The position numbers were made by a program, and so were the translations under genes. The notes under the pieces are model-generated. The model did not search any database. It had not been told where the DNA came from and saw only the letters and a list, made by a program, of their open reading frames with translations. Source: Antedon mediterranea (lineage: Eukaryota; Animalia; Echinodermata). Taken from it: a stretch of DNA of 64,000 bases. Positions 23,901 to 36,719 of this stretch are shown piece after piece. The stretch covers positions 10,602,001-10,666,000 of the forward strand of contig NC_092672.1 of NCBI RefSeq assembly GCF_964355755.1. Reading direction: 5' to 3'. The number at the start of each line of letters is the position of its first letter. Position 1 is the first letter of the stretch.

Positions 23901-26900
23901 AATCCCATAATGGAAAAACAATTAATTAAAAGGATTTATTTGGTTATTACACTGAAAGGGCAGTTTTAATTTTGAATAGCTACTTTTTTTGGAAAAGTCA
24001 TAACTGAGAAGTACTTTAATACGCAAGATACGTTTTGTTGCGGGCGGATAACCAAACTCGTCCTCAAGTGACGAGTTTAAGTTCTAGTTTAATATAATAA
24101 TTGAATGCTCTTAGACTTAGTACCATAAATATTAAATTAATGTGGATGGTTATCTATAATCTCTGACGTGTAATATGTTTCAAAATTGTTTATTATTCGG
24201 TCGTTTTCACTCAGGAAATAATAGTCTTAAAAAACATTTAATTAACTTTCATTAAAAGTTTACTGTGGCAATCATTTTCTTGAACTAAACATACATAAAA
24301 CGAAAGAAATGCGGATTGATTTTCTAAAACACAATAGGTCTGACAGTATGGACCCGGTATACATTAAAGGAAAGGAAGTAGAGATTGTTAATAATTATAA
24401 GTACCTGGGAGTAGTATTTGACTGTAAGCTTAAATGGGGGGATCATGTTGACCATATAGTTAAGAAGTTAAATACAATACTGTACAAGGCTGTACTGCCT
24501 GAGGAAACTCGGTTCGTTTGGAGTAAAGCAGGATATTTGTAAAATGTTTTACTCATCAGTGATGTTATCTATTTGGGGTTATTGTATGTTGGGCTGGGCT
24601 GGAAATATCAGTAAAGGGAATAAAGACCGAATTGAAAAGGTGCTGGGTAGAGCGGGGAAAGTAATTGGTTCGTCTGTGCAAACGCTTGACTCTTTCTACA
24701 GCGAACGTCTTGCCGATGTGTTCCATGCTATATTGGAAGACACCAACCATCCTCTTCATAACGACATTATCGGCTCCGTTATCGTTAGAAGTGGTAGAAT
24801 GAGGACGGTAAATGAATCTGTATCTGTATCTTAAATGAATGTGAATGGTTATCTATGATCTCTGTGACGTGTAATTTGTTTGAAATTTTTTTATTATTCG
24901 CCTTTTTCCAGGAAATAATAGTCTTAAAAAACATTAAATTAACTTTCAGTTTTTAAAGACTAGTTTTCTGGAAACTGCCGAATGTTAAACAATTTTCAAA
25001 CATTTTCACTCCTGAAGCAATCTTGTCAGAACTAGATATACGTCACGTGGTGTACTGTACCACAAACTTTACATCAACAATTTTGAAATATATTACACTA
25101 ATGTAATTTTTAATTCAACTTACCAAAATTTAAACTCAGGAAGTCTTCTTATAAAAGGTCTAAACTCTTCACTTGATTTAGTAGGTAGACTAGGGCCATC
25201 CTCATCTGTTAATGAAAAAAAGAATTTATCTTGTATATGTTTATAAAAAAAGAGAGAAAACAGACACAGGACTCATATGGCACTAATAAATGCATAGCTG
25301 TTATATGATAACATAACAGTAGAACTCCTCTTTTGGAACAACCCAATTCAGGGGACACCATTTTTAAGTGGACATCCCTATTAAGGGACGGGAAGAAGTT
25401 TGAGTGTGCCATATGGTCGAGGCCAAACCAAATGTACAATATAATAATAAACATTTTTGTTTTCATGTATATTATTATTATTAATGCATAAAATTTACAT
25501 ATTTTCAATAAAAATTGAATTTCCTCAATGTGAAAACAAATTGATATGTATTAATTTTACCTTCTTGTTCAAAAACTGGATCTATTTTCGGTGATAAGAA
25601 AGCAATGAATAAATTCAACAAATATATTCCAAGAGCATAAGTAACTATATACCATCCCTATAACAGTGTAATACAAGAAAAATAATAATTAGTATGAGAC
25701 AAAGTACTGGAGGAGGAATAGGTAAATTATTATTATTACGTTATTATGTTTATATAACAGTAATGCTTGGTTCCCATTAGAGACGCAACGCAAGGACTAG
25801 TGCGAACCAAGCTTTAGTTTTTCATAATTGTTTGTTTAAAGAAGTAATTAGGGATGCATCACGAAAAGTACATTGAATAGTATTCAACAAGTTGAGAATG
25901 AATGGAAAATAAATAAAATGGTACTTTTGGGTACCCAGAGGTTTCTTGGATACAGTACTGTAGTTGATAGTGGGAACCAAGCTTTAGTTATTCAATAATT
26001 GTTTGTTTAAAGAAGTAATCAGGGATGTATCACAAAAAGAACAGTGGATGGTATTTGACAAGTTAAGAATGAATGGAAAATAAATAAAATGGTACTTTTG
26101 GGTACCCAGTGGTTTCTTGGATACAGTACTGTAGGTGATACACTGGGTGAAATATCTGAATGATTAGTCTTTGTCCCTGTACACCATCATATATATGGTT
26201 AAACATTTTGACACTACAAATATGAACACTATTTTATGCTAGATAAATTTTATTTAAAAATATTTATCATTTATGAGTTAAATCTCTGTTTGATTGTATT
26301 TGGGACAATTGTCTTTGAGGTAGGAAAGCTGGTGGCGCATAGATTGAAATAACAAGTTCACACTGTAATTACAATACCTGCAGTAAAAACACTCGAAGAA
26401 AGTAAAGTAAGAAGATGACTAGTGTGAACACCCATCTAACTGTTGGGTATGGAACCCATCTATCTAAAAAACTTTGATATTTCTGAAAAAAAAAAACAAT
26501 TACACAGTGTTAAATATATCAATTCACATTAAATTTTTAGCTTAGGGATGGTTACTGGAAATTTTTATAAATACTATAGGCAGGCTCGCAAAATAAGTAT
26601 TTATTTTGATTTGTGTCTAAGGCAGTGTTTCAGCAGCCAAAAACTAAGTGCTTGTGGAAACAGGGTTTAACTGATTCCGCTCGAGAAAAATTACCCAACA
26701 ATTATCTCATTCAAATCAGATCTGATAAATGTGACAATATTTAAATTTGACCTGAAGGACAAATAGTTGCGTTGTGATTGGACACTTGGTTGTTTGGTAA
26801 TGACTGATCATGCGCACTTTACTTTTTAATTAATTACCCGATTGGTTAAAGGAACTAATCAAAATACTGACAAAGGCAAAGACGAAGATGAACAAATTTT

Positions 26901-28645
26901 GCATGCATGTGACTGACAAGAACGAATATATATCCAATTGAGTTTCTGGTTTGACTAATTAATATAAGGAATAAAGTGTTTAACATGCTAGACAACTCAT
27001 ACAGTATGGCAATCCAATTATATAGGAAGTGTTAATATTAAGAGAAGCAATTTAATTATTGAACAAAGGAAGACAATGAGAACGTCATTATATGTCATAT
27101 CAAAATTGATACAAAGATTTATACTGTAAATGAAAAAGACGAGGGGGTAGTTTTGCAGTGGGGCACATGCTACAGGACAGTAACCTTTGACAGCTAGAAT
27201 TAATCGTTACTGTATCTACTTTTTCTAATATATTTTAATTTGACAGTATTATACTGTATGTTAAAAAAAATCTGTTTAGTTAAATAGCAGGGATGTCACC
27301 AGCTTTTTAGAGTGCCGGTCGGCAAATTTCCCGGGGGGTAAACCCGGGGGGGGAAGGGTTGTCGTTATTTCAGCGAAACATAAAGAATTATGAAAATAAA
27401 TAACAACAAATTGCGTCAGGTCTAGGCCTAACCTTGTACCACCGGAGAGTCGCCGTTATTATTCGCGAAAACAAAAAAACGCTCACGAAATGAATAGCAA
27501 TAGATCGCGTCAGGCTTAGGCCTAGCCTTGTAGACACTACGACCACTAAGGCCTAGCCAAGGCTTAGATAGATGCCCCAAAACACAAAATCTGAATTCCA
27601 CAAAAACGGGCGCTTCTTTATTTAGGCCAGGCCTAATCCCTAATCAAATAATGTTGATAAATTATTAGCCTAGACCTTACTACTTGTTGCTCGATATAAT
27701 GTTCGTGTTCTTTTGCGCGAGAGTTTTTTAGCGTATTCGCGAATTCCGGATTTTTTGTTTCACAGCTGTGCGGCAAGCATGTAGTGCATGGCCGGCAAGA
27801 ACAGAGACACGTGTTTATGGGTTAACTGAAGTTCAGCAACCTGAAGTTATCCCAGGGACGTGTAATTATTGTACCATGCTCGGCGATCATAAACGAACGA
27901 ACTTGCCCGGTCTCACTGAACCATGCGCATGTTTTTTTTGTTTTTTTTTAATAGTTCGTAGAGTACAAAAATGTAAAACTAGTAACATAATATAATTAAA
28001 GCAGGGTGACAAAACATTCAGCAATTAAAAATGATTTTGTTTGGGTCTATGTAGTTATACATTTTTAATTACTGCGTACTTGTTTGTATTCTTAATCTGT
28101 GCAAAATAAAACGCTTGAATGGTCGCTATGTGAACTTTAAACTTGTACACTGTGCTGTGTAGCACGTTGTTCGCCATGACTCACAAGCTGTAACAATGAA
28201 TACCAGGGCAGGGTAGGCCTGGTATTGTGTTACAAATAAAGTAACGTACGTAACCACGGGAACATTTGCTGTAGTCTTTTGTCTTATCTATATGAGGCTA
28301 GCTTGTCTGTTATTAACGATGTGCTAGGTAAAATGTTTTAGTACGAATTTTAGTTAGGCCTAGGCCTAAGAAATATCGTAATGATTAATAAATAATAGTG
28401 GTGGTCGGCAGCCTGTAAATCCTGGTCAGAAATGTTGAGTGCTGGTCGGGGCCGACCAGCGCCGACCAGCGTGGTGACATCCCTGAAATAGGTAACCTGT
28501 TTAATAATGTTGTGGGGGATACTATTTTACCATACATTTATTTTTCGTTAAATAACTTGAATACCGTTACCTGCGAAATTGTTGTAAAGAACCTGGATAC
28601 GACGCCAGGTTTACTTGGCATCTCCATTGTTGGTACACTCTCCAT
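20975..28645 (-). CDS. RER1: Protein RER1 (Golgi-to-ER retrieval receptor), 194 aa; exons 28645-28571, 26482-26378, 25657-25561, 25205-25124, 21359-21224, 21064-20975; probable 5'-UTR exon ending at 29794
   Basis: Spliced translation includes [88 protein letters not shown]. Confidence 0.96.
21637..22153. mobile_element. Non-autonomous DNA element, TIR AGATGTATTG, TTAA-like target (Kolobok/piggyBac-type); relatives at 51722-52002 and ~43818
   Basis: TTAA-AGATGTATTG ... CAATACATCT-TTCA. Confidence 0.6.
22464..24089 (+). mobile_element. Helentron-associated non-autonomous element (HINE/DINE-1-like), full length
   Basis: 5' subTIR TTGGTTATCCGC with adjacent short IR GCGGATAA, T/TTC-rich tract, internal ~300-bp duplication, 3' subTIR GCGGATAACCAA, hairpin AACTCGTC-N7-GACGAGTT, end CTAGTT. 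Confidence 0.8.
24252..24832 (+). mobile_element. 5'-truncated, frameshifted LINE ORF2 fragment (Rex1/CR1-group RT C-terminus)
   Basis: [59 protein letters not shown]; tail (ATCTGT)n. Confidence 0.8.
25762..26138. repeat. Internally deleted GCTTGGTTCCCA MITE (25765-25813) followed by a ~170-bp tandem duplication that copied its right end
   Basis: AACCAAGCTTTAGTT...GATACAGTACTGTAG present at ~25805-25963 and ~25976-26134. Confidence 0.75.
27288..28485. mobile_element. Non-autonomous DNA transposon, hAT-like, ~1.2 kb
   Basis: 13-bp perfect TIR CAGGGATGTCACC/GGTGACATCCCTG flanked by direct repeat AAATAG; no transposase ORF. Confidence 0.8.
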
Positions 28646-30149
28646 TTTGTTGATGTTTTTGTTTCTCTTCTGTCAAGACAAAAATTGATTCAGACATTTC
28701 ATTCACAATCAGAAAACTTATTTTGAATTTCAAAATAGATCAAAGAGAAAATATTACTATTAATTATTATAACAAATTAATTTACAGAGATTTACAAGAC
28801 CCAATACTGTACATACATTCATACAATACTAAAGTATTTAATAAATATATTATATTACATTAAAATGGCTATGTGACAAGTCAACAGAGACAGTGAATAT
28901 AATATATATACCACTGCAATAAATACCATGTTTTTATAAAATGTAGCCATCACAACTAAAACATACATGAGTGTGGTTTTATTTAGAATAGAAGATAAAT
29001 CTGATTTTTTTAAATATAATTTTAAAGAAAGATTATCAGAACAGAATTCAACTTCAACAAGAATTTCAATATTATATTTATAGGCCTATAGGGGGTGGGG
29101 CGCGGTACGCTGTAAGTTCTGGTAATCGGACAGCTGATACTGATGATTTATGAATATTTTTTTTAATTATTGACCAATCAAATAATTTTCGCTGTCGCTG
29201 GGTAACGAAAAAAAATTACAATTTTTCATGAAAATCGCTTTAAAAAAATCATGCCTATGGATGATTGATATTGAATCGTTGATTGATGATAATTCAATTC
29301 AATTTCTTTTATTTCGGAAATGTTATCCATATCAACAAACATACAAACAGAAAAAGAAAATTGGCAAACTCTTTTTTATTCGATTTTGGATAAATATCAA
29401 TCAATAATATTATGGATGTTTAAAACAAATAATTAATAAAACAATAATAATAATAGGCTAGCTAAACTAAAGGCAAGCAAGAAGGGACCTTGGCCTAGCC
29501 TAGTTAGTACGTAGTACTCAGTTAGGCTAGCTAGAACGAAGTATATAATTGGCAGCGTTCTGAGCTAGGCCTAATTTCTGGTTAGGCCTGGGCTAGCAAG
29601 TACGCCTAGGCTAGTTAGGCCTTCCACTTACTCGCCTACTGTATGTACACATCACAGTGTAAGCCTAGCTTTAGCGCGTAATAAAGTTAAGCCAGGCCTA
29701 GCGAAAAAGGGATTTTCTGACATATCAATTATAAATAACTCAGAGCAGCATTATATACATTAATAATTAATATTTATTAACTTATATACTTACCTATACT
29801 ATGTCATTCACTGCTATTTAAACAATAATAGCAAAATTAAAACAACCTTTCGCTAACAATTTACGACAACCGGCAAAAGCCACGTCTCAATTATTGCCTC
29901 GATTTGATTTTGGAAGTTGCCAGGTAATCATACACATTCTATCCATTAGTAAGAAGATCTATTATTCACACACAACAACCGCACCGTCGTGGTTTTCACA
30001 TTAAAAAAAATGCGAATATAAATTATAATTGTTCAAAATTCCTGTTATGCAATAATTTCCAACACCGGGTACCAGGAAAATTCGATAAAATAGATAACGT
30101 CAGACAGAAGGGTGGGAACGTGACAAATTAGGACAATTCGCCATATTTA

Positions 30150-32347
30150 TACAATACAATATGTTTCACCAAAGAGATGCTTTAAAAGTCAAAGCTTATT
30201 TATAAACCAAAAACGATATTGACTTTAAAAACTACATTAAAATTAGAAACTCTGTTACTAAACTATGTCAAGATGCTAAAGCAATGTAGGCCTACTATAA
30301 ATATTTCTTAAATAACAACAAAGGTAATACTAACAAAATCTGGAATGGCCTGAAATATCTTCTAGGCTTCTAAATCTAATATTACCTTCCCTCCGTCTTT
30401 TTAAATTAATGGCTCTGATCATATAATTGCCGACTCTTTTAACTCTTTCCTCACTAACAATGCTGTTAAGCTTCTTCTCTTCTCTTCTTGACGCCTCTAA
30501 TTGTCCTGACCCGTCTTCTCATCTGTCATCTTGTAACTCGACTGTCTTTTTCTCTCAGCTGCATCATCGATGACAAGACTTTGTCCAAAGTGAATTAACT
30601 TATCAATTCCAATACGTCTACTGGGCCAGATATAATTGATGGTAAATTTCTTAAAGCTGCTTCTGCTATAATTGCTCCTCATCTTACCTTTACCGGCCTA
30701 TCTCTATCCATCCCATTTGCTCCAAAATTATTGAAAAATCTATTTCCCAACAAATCTATTCTTACCTTGACTCTAATAACTTAATATCTACCTCACAATC
30801 TGGATTCCCAGCATTCTACCCTTAAGCGTGGTTCCCACTAGCGACGCAACACAAGGACGTAATGCAACGCAAGTGAATTGACCAATCACAAGCGATGGCT
30901 TATTCGCTTGTGATTGCTAACTGTCTATAACTTTGCTTGTCTAGTTAAAACGCTTGCGTTGCGTTTACGTCCTTGCGTTACCTTCTAGTGGGAACCAAGC
31001 TTAAATGCTCTCACCAACACATATGATAACTGGCTTCACAATATCAATAACAAGACTCTTTACTGGCACTATCTTTATCGATCTCAAAAAAGCTTTCGAC
31101 ACTATTGACCATAATATTCTTCTTGCTAAATTACCCTACTATGGATTTTCTCTATCAACTATCTCTTGGTGTTCCGATCTTATTTTTTTAATCGCTCTCA
31201 AAAACATGTTCTCTCTGGTTTTCTTTCTACTGGAGTTCCTCAAGGCTCCACTCTTGGTCCTCTTCTCTTTTCCATCTACATTAACGACCTTTCATCTTCT
31301 CTAATCTCTAATAAAAACTCTAATCTACATGTTGACATGTGCTGACGATACCATCATCTACTATTCTAACTCCTCTTCTAAACAGAATCTTAATAATGCT
31401 CTAATTCATCTCTCTACCTGGCTAAAATCTAACAGACTGACACTAATATCGCAAAAACTAAATATATGCTCATTGGCACTTCTCAAAAACTTAAATCTAA
31501 CTCTATCACCCTAACTCTTAATGATTCTCCTATTCAATCTGTTACTTCTCACAAACACCTTGGAATCATAATTGACAATACTCTAACCTGGAAATCCTAC
31601 ATATCTTCCCTTTGTAAAAACTCTATTCTATTATCTATTTACTCAAACGTATACCTCTAAATTTACAAACAAATCTTCTCTTCATCTTCCTTTTGTACAA
31701 TTCACTTTACCGTTCTAGTCTTGACTACTGGTGCTCTGTCTGGGGTTCTAAACCTTCTTCTATAGCCTACTACTAAACTTTACAAAATTCAAAATAAAGC
31801 TATCCGTCTACTACTCGATCTATCTCCCACTACATCTCTCTCCTCATCACGTTTGCAGTGCTAAGAAGACTCTCCCCTTCCATGAATGATACCTCTTTCA
31901 GCTTGTATGTTTATCTTTCAAAGGTCTACATCACTACTCTGCTCCACTTACTCTGTCAGCTTTTAACTAAAGTCACTTCCAACGGCCGTATGAACACTTA
32001 TAGGCAAAATTACTAAAGAGATTTTTCTATCCCTCTTCCTTTTTTTAACTTCAATGCTCCTTCTTTCTTTAATTATCTACCTTTAAGCATTCGTAACTCT
32101 TACAATTTCTTCTCTTTCTCAGCTCTCCCCCCCCCCCCCACCTCTCTCTCTCTGATAGTATTTCTTAATTATCCTTCTTTCATAGTATAGGCCTACTGTA
32201 TATTTGTATATATATATATATATTTTTATATCTTTTGTTAATTTTGTATTTATATAGTTTATTTTATTTACTGTTTGTATTATTTGAATGATCAGCTGAT
32301 GCTGGATGGATCACCCTCATAAAATATTGTTCAAATAAAATAAATAA
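30150..32347 (+). mobile_element. Degenerate CR1/L2-group LINE (RT domain to 3' tail) between RER1 and SLC35F6
   Basis: Broken RT motifs IFIDLKKAFDTIDHNILL, GVPQGSTLGPLLFSIYINDL, CADDT, HKHLGIIID; tail (AAATA)n. Confidence 0.9.
30825..31001. mobile_element. PIF/Harbinger-like MITE (TIR GCTTGGTTCCCACTAG) nested in the LINE
   Basis: Long imperfect palindrome with TTA/TAA flanks; near-identical copy at 46167-46340. Confidence 0.85.
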
Positions 32348-33233
32348 ACAACACAAATATTCGATTATTGCATTCTCTTTTGTGGCGTGATCATTCATCT
32401 GTTATTTAAATTTAATTCATTATACAGTAGGCCTCTGTATCCGTCACGGAATCCGTCATCATATTCTCGTTCTTATTCCCTGTCATTTGAATGGCCTAAG
32501 TTTTATTTTTCTCTCTACATTCTCTTTGTATTGTAGTAATTTAAAAACAAAAACTGCATTGCAGAATTTTGTTTACAGTACAGGAAATTGAGAAAAAACT
32601 ATCGAAATATCGCCCCCGTGGTTCGCCATTTTATAATTAATCAAAGAGTCACGTTACGTGTGTCGGATATATTTGTCTCATAAGATGAATCGGTAAAACC
32701 CCCTCTCCATAGAACTTGTTAATTACTTTTTATTTTAATTAGTTTAAAAATTAAGCAAGTTTAATTAAAATGTTTATTTTACTTAAATAATTTCAATTGT
32801 GCTTCAGTAAAAATCATTTAAACTTAAGTCGAATGTATTGCACTTAATTTGAATGAATTACACTTGAGTTGAACGTATTGGACTTAAGTGCAATGTATTC
32901 AACTTCGGTTTAATTTGGATGTAATGCTAAAACGGCTTGCCAGAACGCCGGCCTTTTCTTTAGTTGCGACAATCTATATACCGGCGAGTGAGGGCGAATG
33001 CTTCTATTATGACGCACTTCCGTAACAATTATGCAATGCAACAATTTCAGAGTGAGCATTGCTGCTTTTGACATTCCGACTTCTATCACATGACACACGG
33101 TCAGGTGATCTGAAGTTGTGCAAGTACGTACACAAGTTGTAAACAATTGTCAGACTTTACTTTACATTGGCTGCTGCGGTAAGGGCGAATACAGCTCAGC
33201 ATTTGTTAAAGAGAGAAATAAACTGATTTTGAA

Positions 33234-36200
33234 ATGTCGTGGACCTCTTACCAGTATTCCTTGGCGGTGTTAATGTTAGTTACTGGTTCTATAAACACAA
33301 TTAGTACAAAGTAAGTATTATTAAACCGGTACGTACGTAGTAGGTAGTAGGCATTATAGTGTATATAGGCCTAGCCCTAGGCTGCCTACTACTAGCTAGC
33401 CAGCCTAGGCCTATTTTTATTGATGTAAAATCTAGCCGGCCGGCCCTTGTGTAATAATTTTTGGTGACTATCCTTACCAACCACACAGCAGAGGTACAAG
33501 GAGAGGGTAGAAGGAGGAAAGTCTGCTAACCGGACTAGCCTTACAGAACCTTTCAATTTAGGCTACATGATGGAACCGAACTTCCTTCTTATCTTAGTGC
33601 CAATATGATGATCAAATAATCACCTTCATTTTAATCTTTTAAAATGTATTGTTTTTGTATTAATTAAGGAAGATTGAAGGGTGGTGGAGGAAATGTGGTT
33701 GTTGGTTCTTTTACCTTTAAAAACCTAGCATTTTACTTTTTTTTATTTATCTCACTCCTGAGGATGATCAATTCAAAGCATATTGATCGAAACGTCGAGA
33801 AACTCAAGTTCTTTTCAGAACTAATACATGTGGTGTACCGCAAACTTTATACTGTATCAACAATCAAGAACTATACACATGTTTGTACTTAACACTATTA
33901 CATTGTACTATGTTTGAGTAATATGATCTTGTATATCATAGTTTTAAATTGAATTTGGTATTAATGTTATTGCAGTTTCAAAATGTATTTCCTATGTTTT
34001 AACATTTTTCATGGACAAATAAATATTATCAGTATCAGTACTAGAGATGGGTTTATAGCTGAAATTAACCGCACGGCCGATATGCATGGTGACCTATTTT
34101 AAATCTCTTTTCAATAGATGGGCTGATTTACTGACATCACCTGGAAGGAATGGAGATGATAGCAGAGCGTTTGACCATCCATTTCTACAAGTAAAGTATA
34201 CTTTATAAAGCAATTTTACCCTTTTTTATTTTTTGCTTTTGATGAAATATATGCAATTACAGTACTCTATTTGGGTTTTAAAAAGTTTGATAAACATCCA
34301 AAATCGAGGAACTCACCAGTTACAGGATGGATAAACTATTTTTTTCATTTGAGGCTTAGAGAGTGGAGTTGTAAAAGTCGTAATTTGAGACCCTGCAGAA
34401 GGTTAGGGTTGAACCCAGGGTTTGGGATTGGAAGGCAATATGTTAGCCACCGAGCTACAGCTTTGCTACTTTTGTGAGATTTTAAATATGAGCATAGTTC
34501 CAGGTGCCTGGGTATGAAATTTGACTAGTCGGATTATACTCGAGACGGATGGAATGTACCATTAGCCTAAATAGGTGTTAATGTGTTCAATCACCACTTC
34601 ATTACCTCCGCCAGAATCGTGAGAGATATGTAGTCGATCGCATGTGTTTGCCTGTCTGTTTGTTTGTTAGCAGTATTACTCAAAAACTAATTGCCAGATC
34701 TTTACCAAATTGAAACCACAAATAGATATGTGGTCAAGGACCACATATCTATTTTGGAGGCAATCCGGACCAGGATCCCAATTCTGGACCACTTTTTATA
34801 TCATTTTCTGACCATGCTAGTGTTAAAAGATAAGAGACAATTTCGCTATCTGGTACTGAGCAGTCTTAATGTAACAAGTAAACTGAAATTACATTTTGTC
34901 AAACTAATTGTCCAAAAAACTCATTTTTGTACAAGAGGCAAGAGTTATAATTTGTGATTTGTCATTTTAAAACATAGACCGCACCTGTTTGACAAATTAC
35001 TGTAGTTAATAATTGTTTATCAACTGGAACTACTGTTAATGTTAGTTGATACAAATAATGTTAATCTGTTACTATTTGCAGCATTTTTTTGGTATAATGT
35101 GTCATTGTTTATTTCATTCTGTAAAACTTACATCTTATTAATGTGATATGGGCCTGCATGGTTAATTAAGCACCACTGTCTTAGTGTCTTATTAAAATAT
35201 TATTATAATAATAAAAAATAATAATAATTAAAATACTATTAGTAATAAAAAATAATAATAATAATAAAATATAACTAGATTTAATTCGTCACTATGACGA
35301 ATTATAGGTTATATGCATTGATAATTAAAATAAAGATAATTTATTTTTAAAAGATATTTTGATTCATTGATTTTCTCAGATTCTTTAAATAATATATAAT
35401 ATATGATAGGACCTTGCTAACGCGAATACAATAGCCGGTATCACAATCCGATCAAAGATCCCTCTGCGTATAATGTCATAAACCACATTTGCTGTTACAT
35501 AATAATAAAGACATAAGTTATTTTTTATCTAGATTTCATTATAAATCATGTGTATAATATATACACTAAGAAATAAATTTGAACAAACAATACGGATAAT
35601 AAAAAAAAATTTTTATTTCGTTTCCCAGGGTGAGACTCGATCTCGGTACCTTGAGTGCCATAGACACGAGCACACACCACCGAGCCATACACAACTGACT
35701 AAAAATTGTAGAAAAATTCCTCCGTGTATTTACTATGCAGTAACCACTTTGGTGCAGATAGATTATTACATACCGCAATGAATTATAATTTTTTACTATG
35801 ATGACATCTCTAAAAATGTACAAAAATGATGCACTGTCAAACTATATACTTTTAACTTTAATATATGAACTTTTGAAGGAAGAAAGTTAATGTTAAGTTT
35901 GTTATTTTGGCCTAAGAAAATGTCATAATTTGTTTGATTGTCGAAATGAATTTTTTTAAATTTAATATGCAATTAATTATGGCTTAATCAACTTTTGTTC
36001 CCTTAGTTTAATAATAAATCATACATAAGATACATACACTTCAAGAAAATTAAATAAAAAATATGTGTTCCCGAGCATTCTGACGATCTATATTAATTTT
36101 AAAATTTAGCATATTTTCACCATTTTGTTAACTTATACGTGCGTAGCCAGTCACTTTTGACGTGCTCGTATAACGCAATTTTGAGTTGAAACCTGAATCA

Positions 36201-36684
36201 AATATGATGATATTATTAAAGAAAGATTGTAAAACAGAAATCGGGCAAAAAGAGTGCGCATTAACGTTTAACGCGCAGTGCGCGTGCAAAAATCTGCGCA
36301 CTCATGGCAATTTTTTAAACGCTTAAAATTGCCTGAAACGTACTCTAGTTTCATCGAAAATAAATTTTGACAATTTTGAACATTTTAAGCGCGCGTACGC
36401 AAGCGTTATATGCGCTACGCACGTAATTTTATTGCCATATGATGAAATATGACCTGAAATTTTTGAGTACCAAATTTTGTTTAATAGTGATTCATGCTTG
36501 TGAAGATATGATTACAAACGTGATTTCGTAAAATCGCGCGTAGACCGCGTAATTTTTGATTACGCATCGTGAAAATATAACCACATCGATTCCTGGCCAT
36601 GAAGAATATACTCTGAAAACTTGACTTAGCTAGATTAAACTGATGCCAAGATAATGCACGGACAAAATAGTGCTAAGGAAAGAA

Positions 36685-36719
<35 letters not shown>

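Noticed and set aside
31005-31660. Active reverse transcriptase gene
   Set aside because: Many frameshifts and stops, YADD altered to CADD, and interrupted by a MITE
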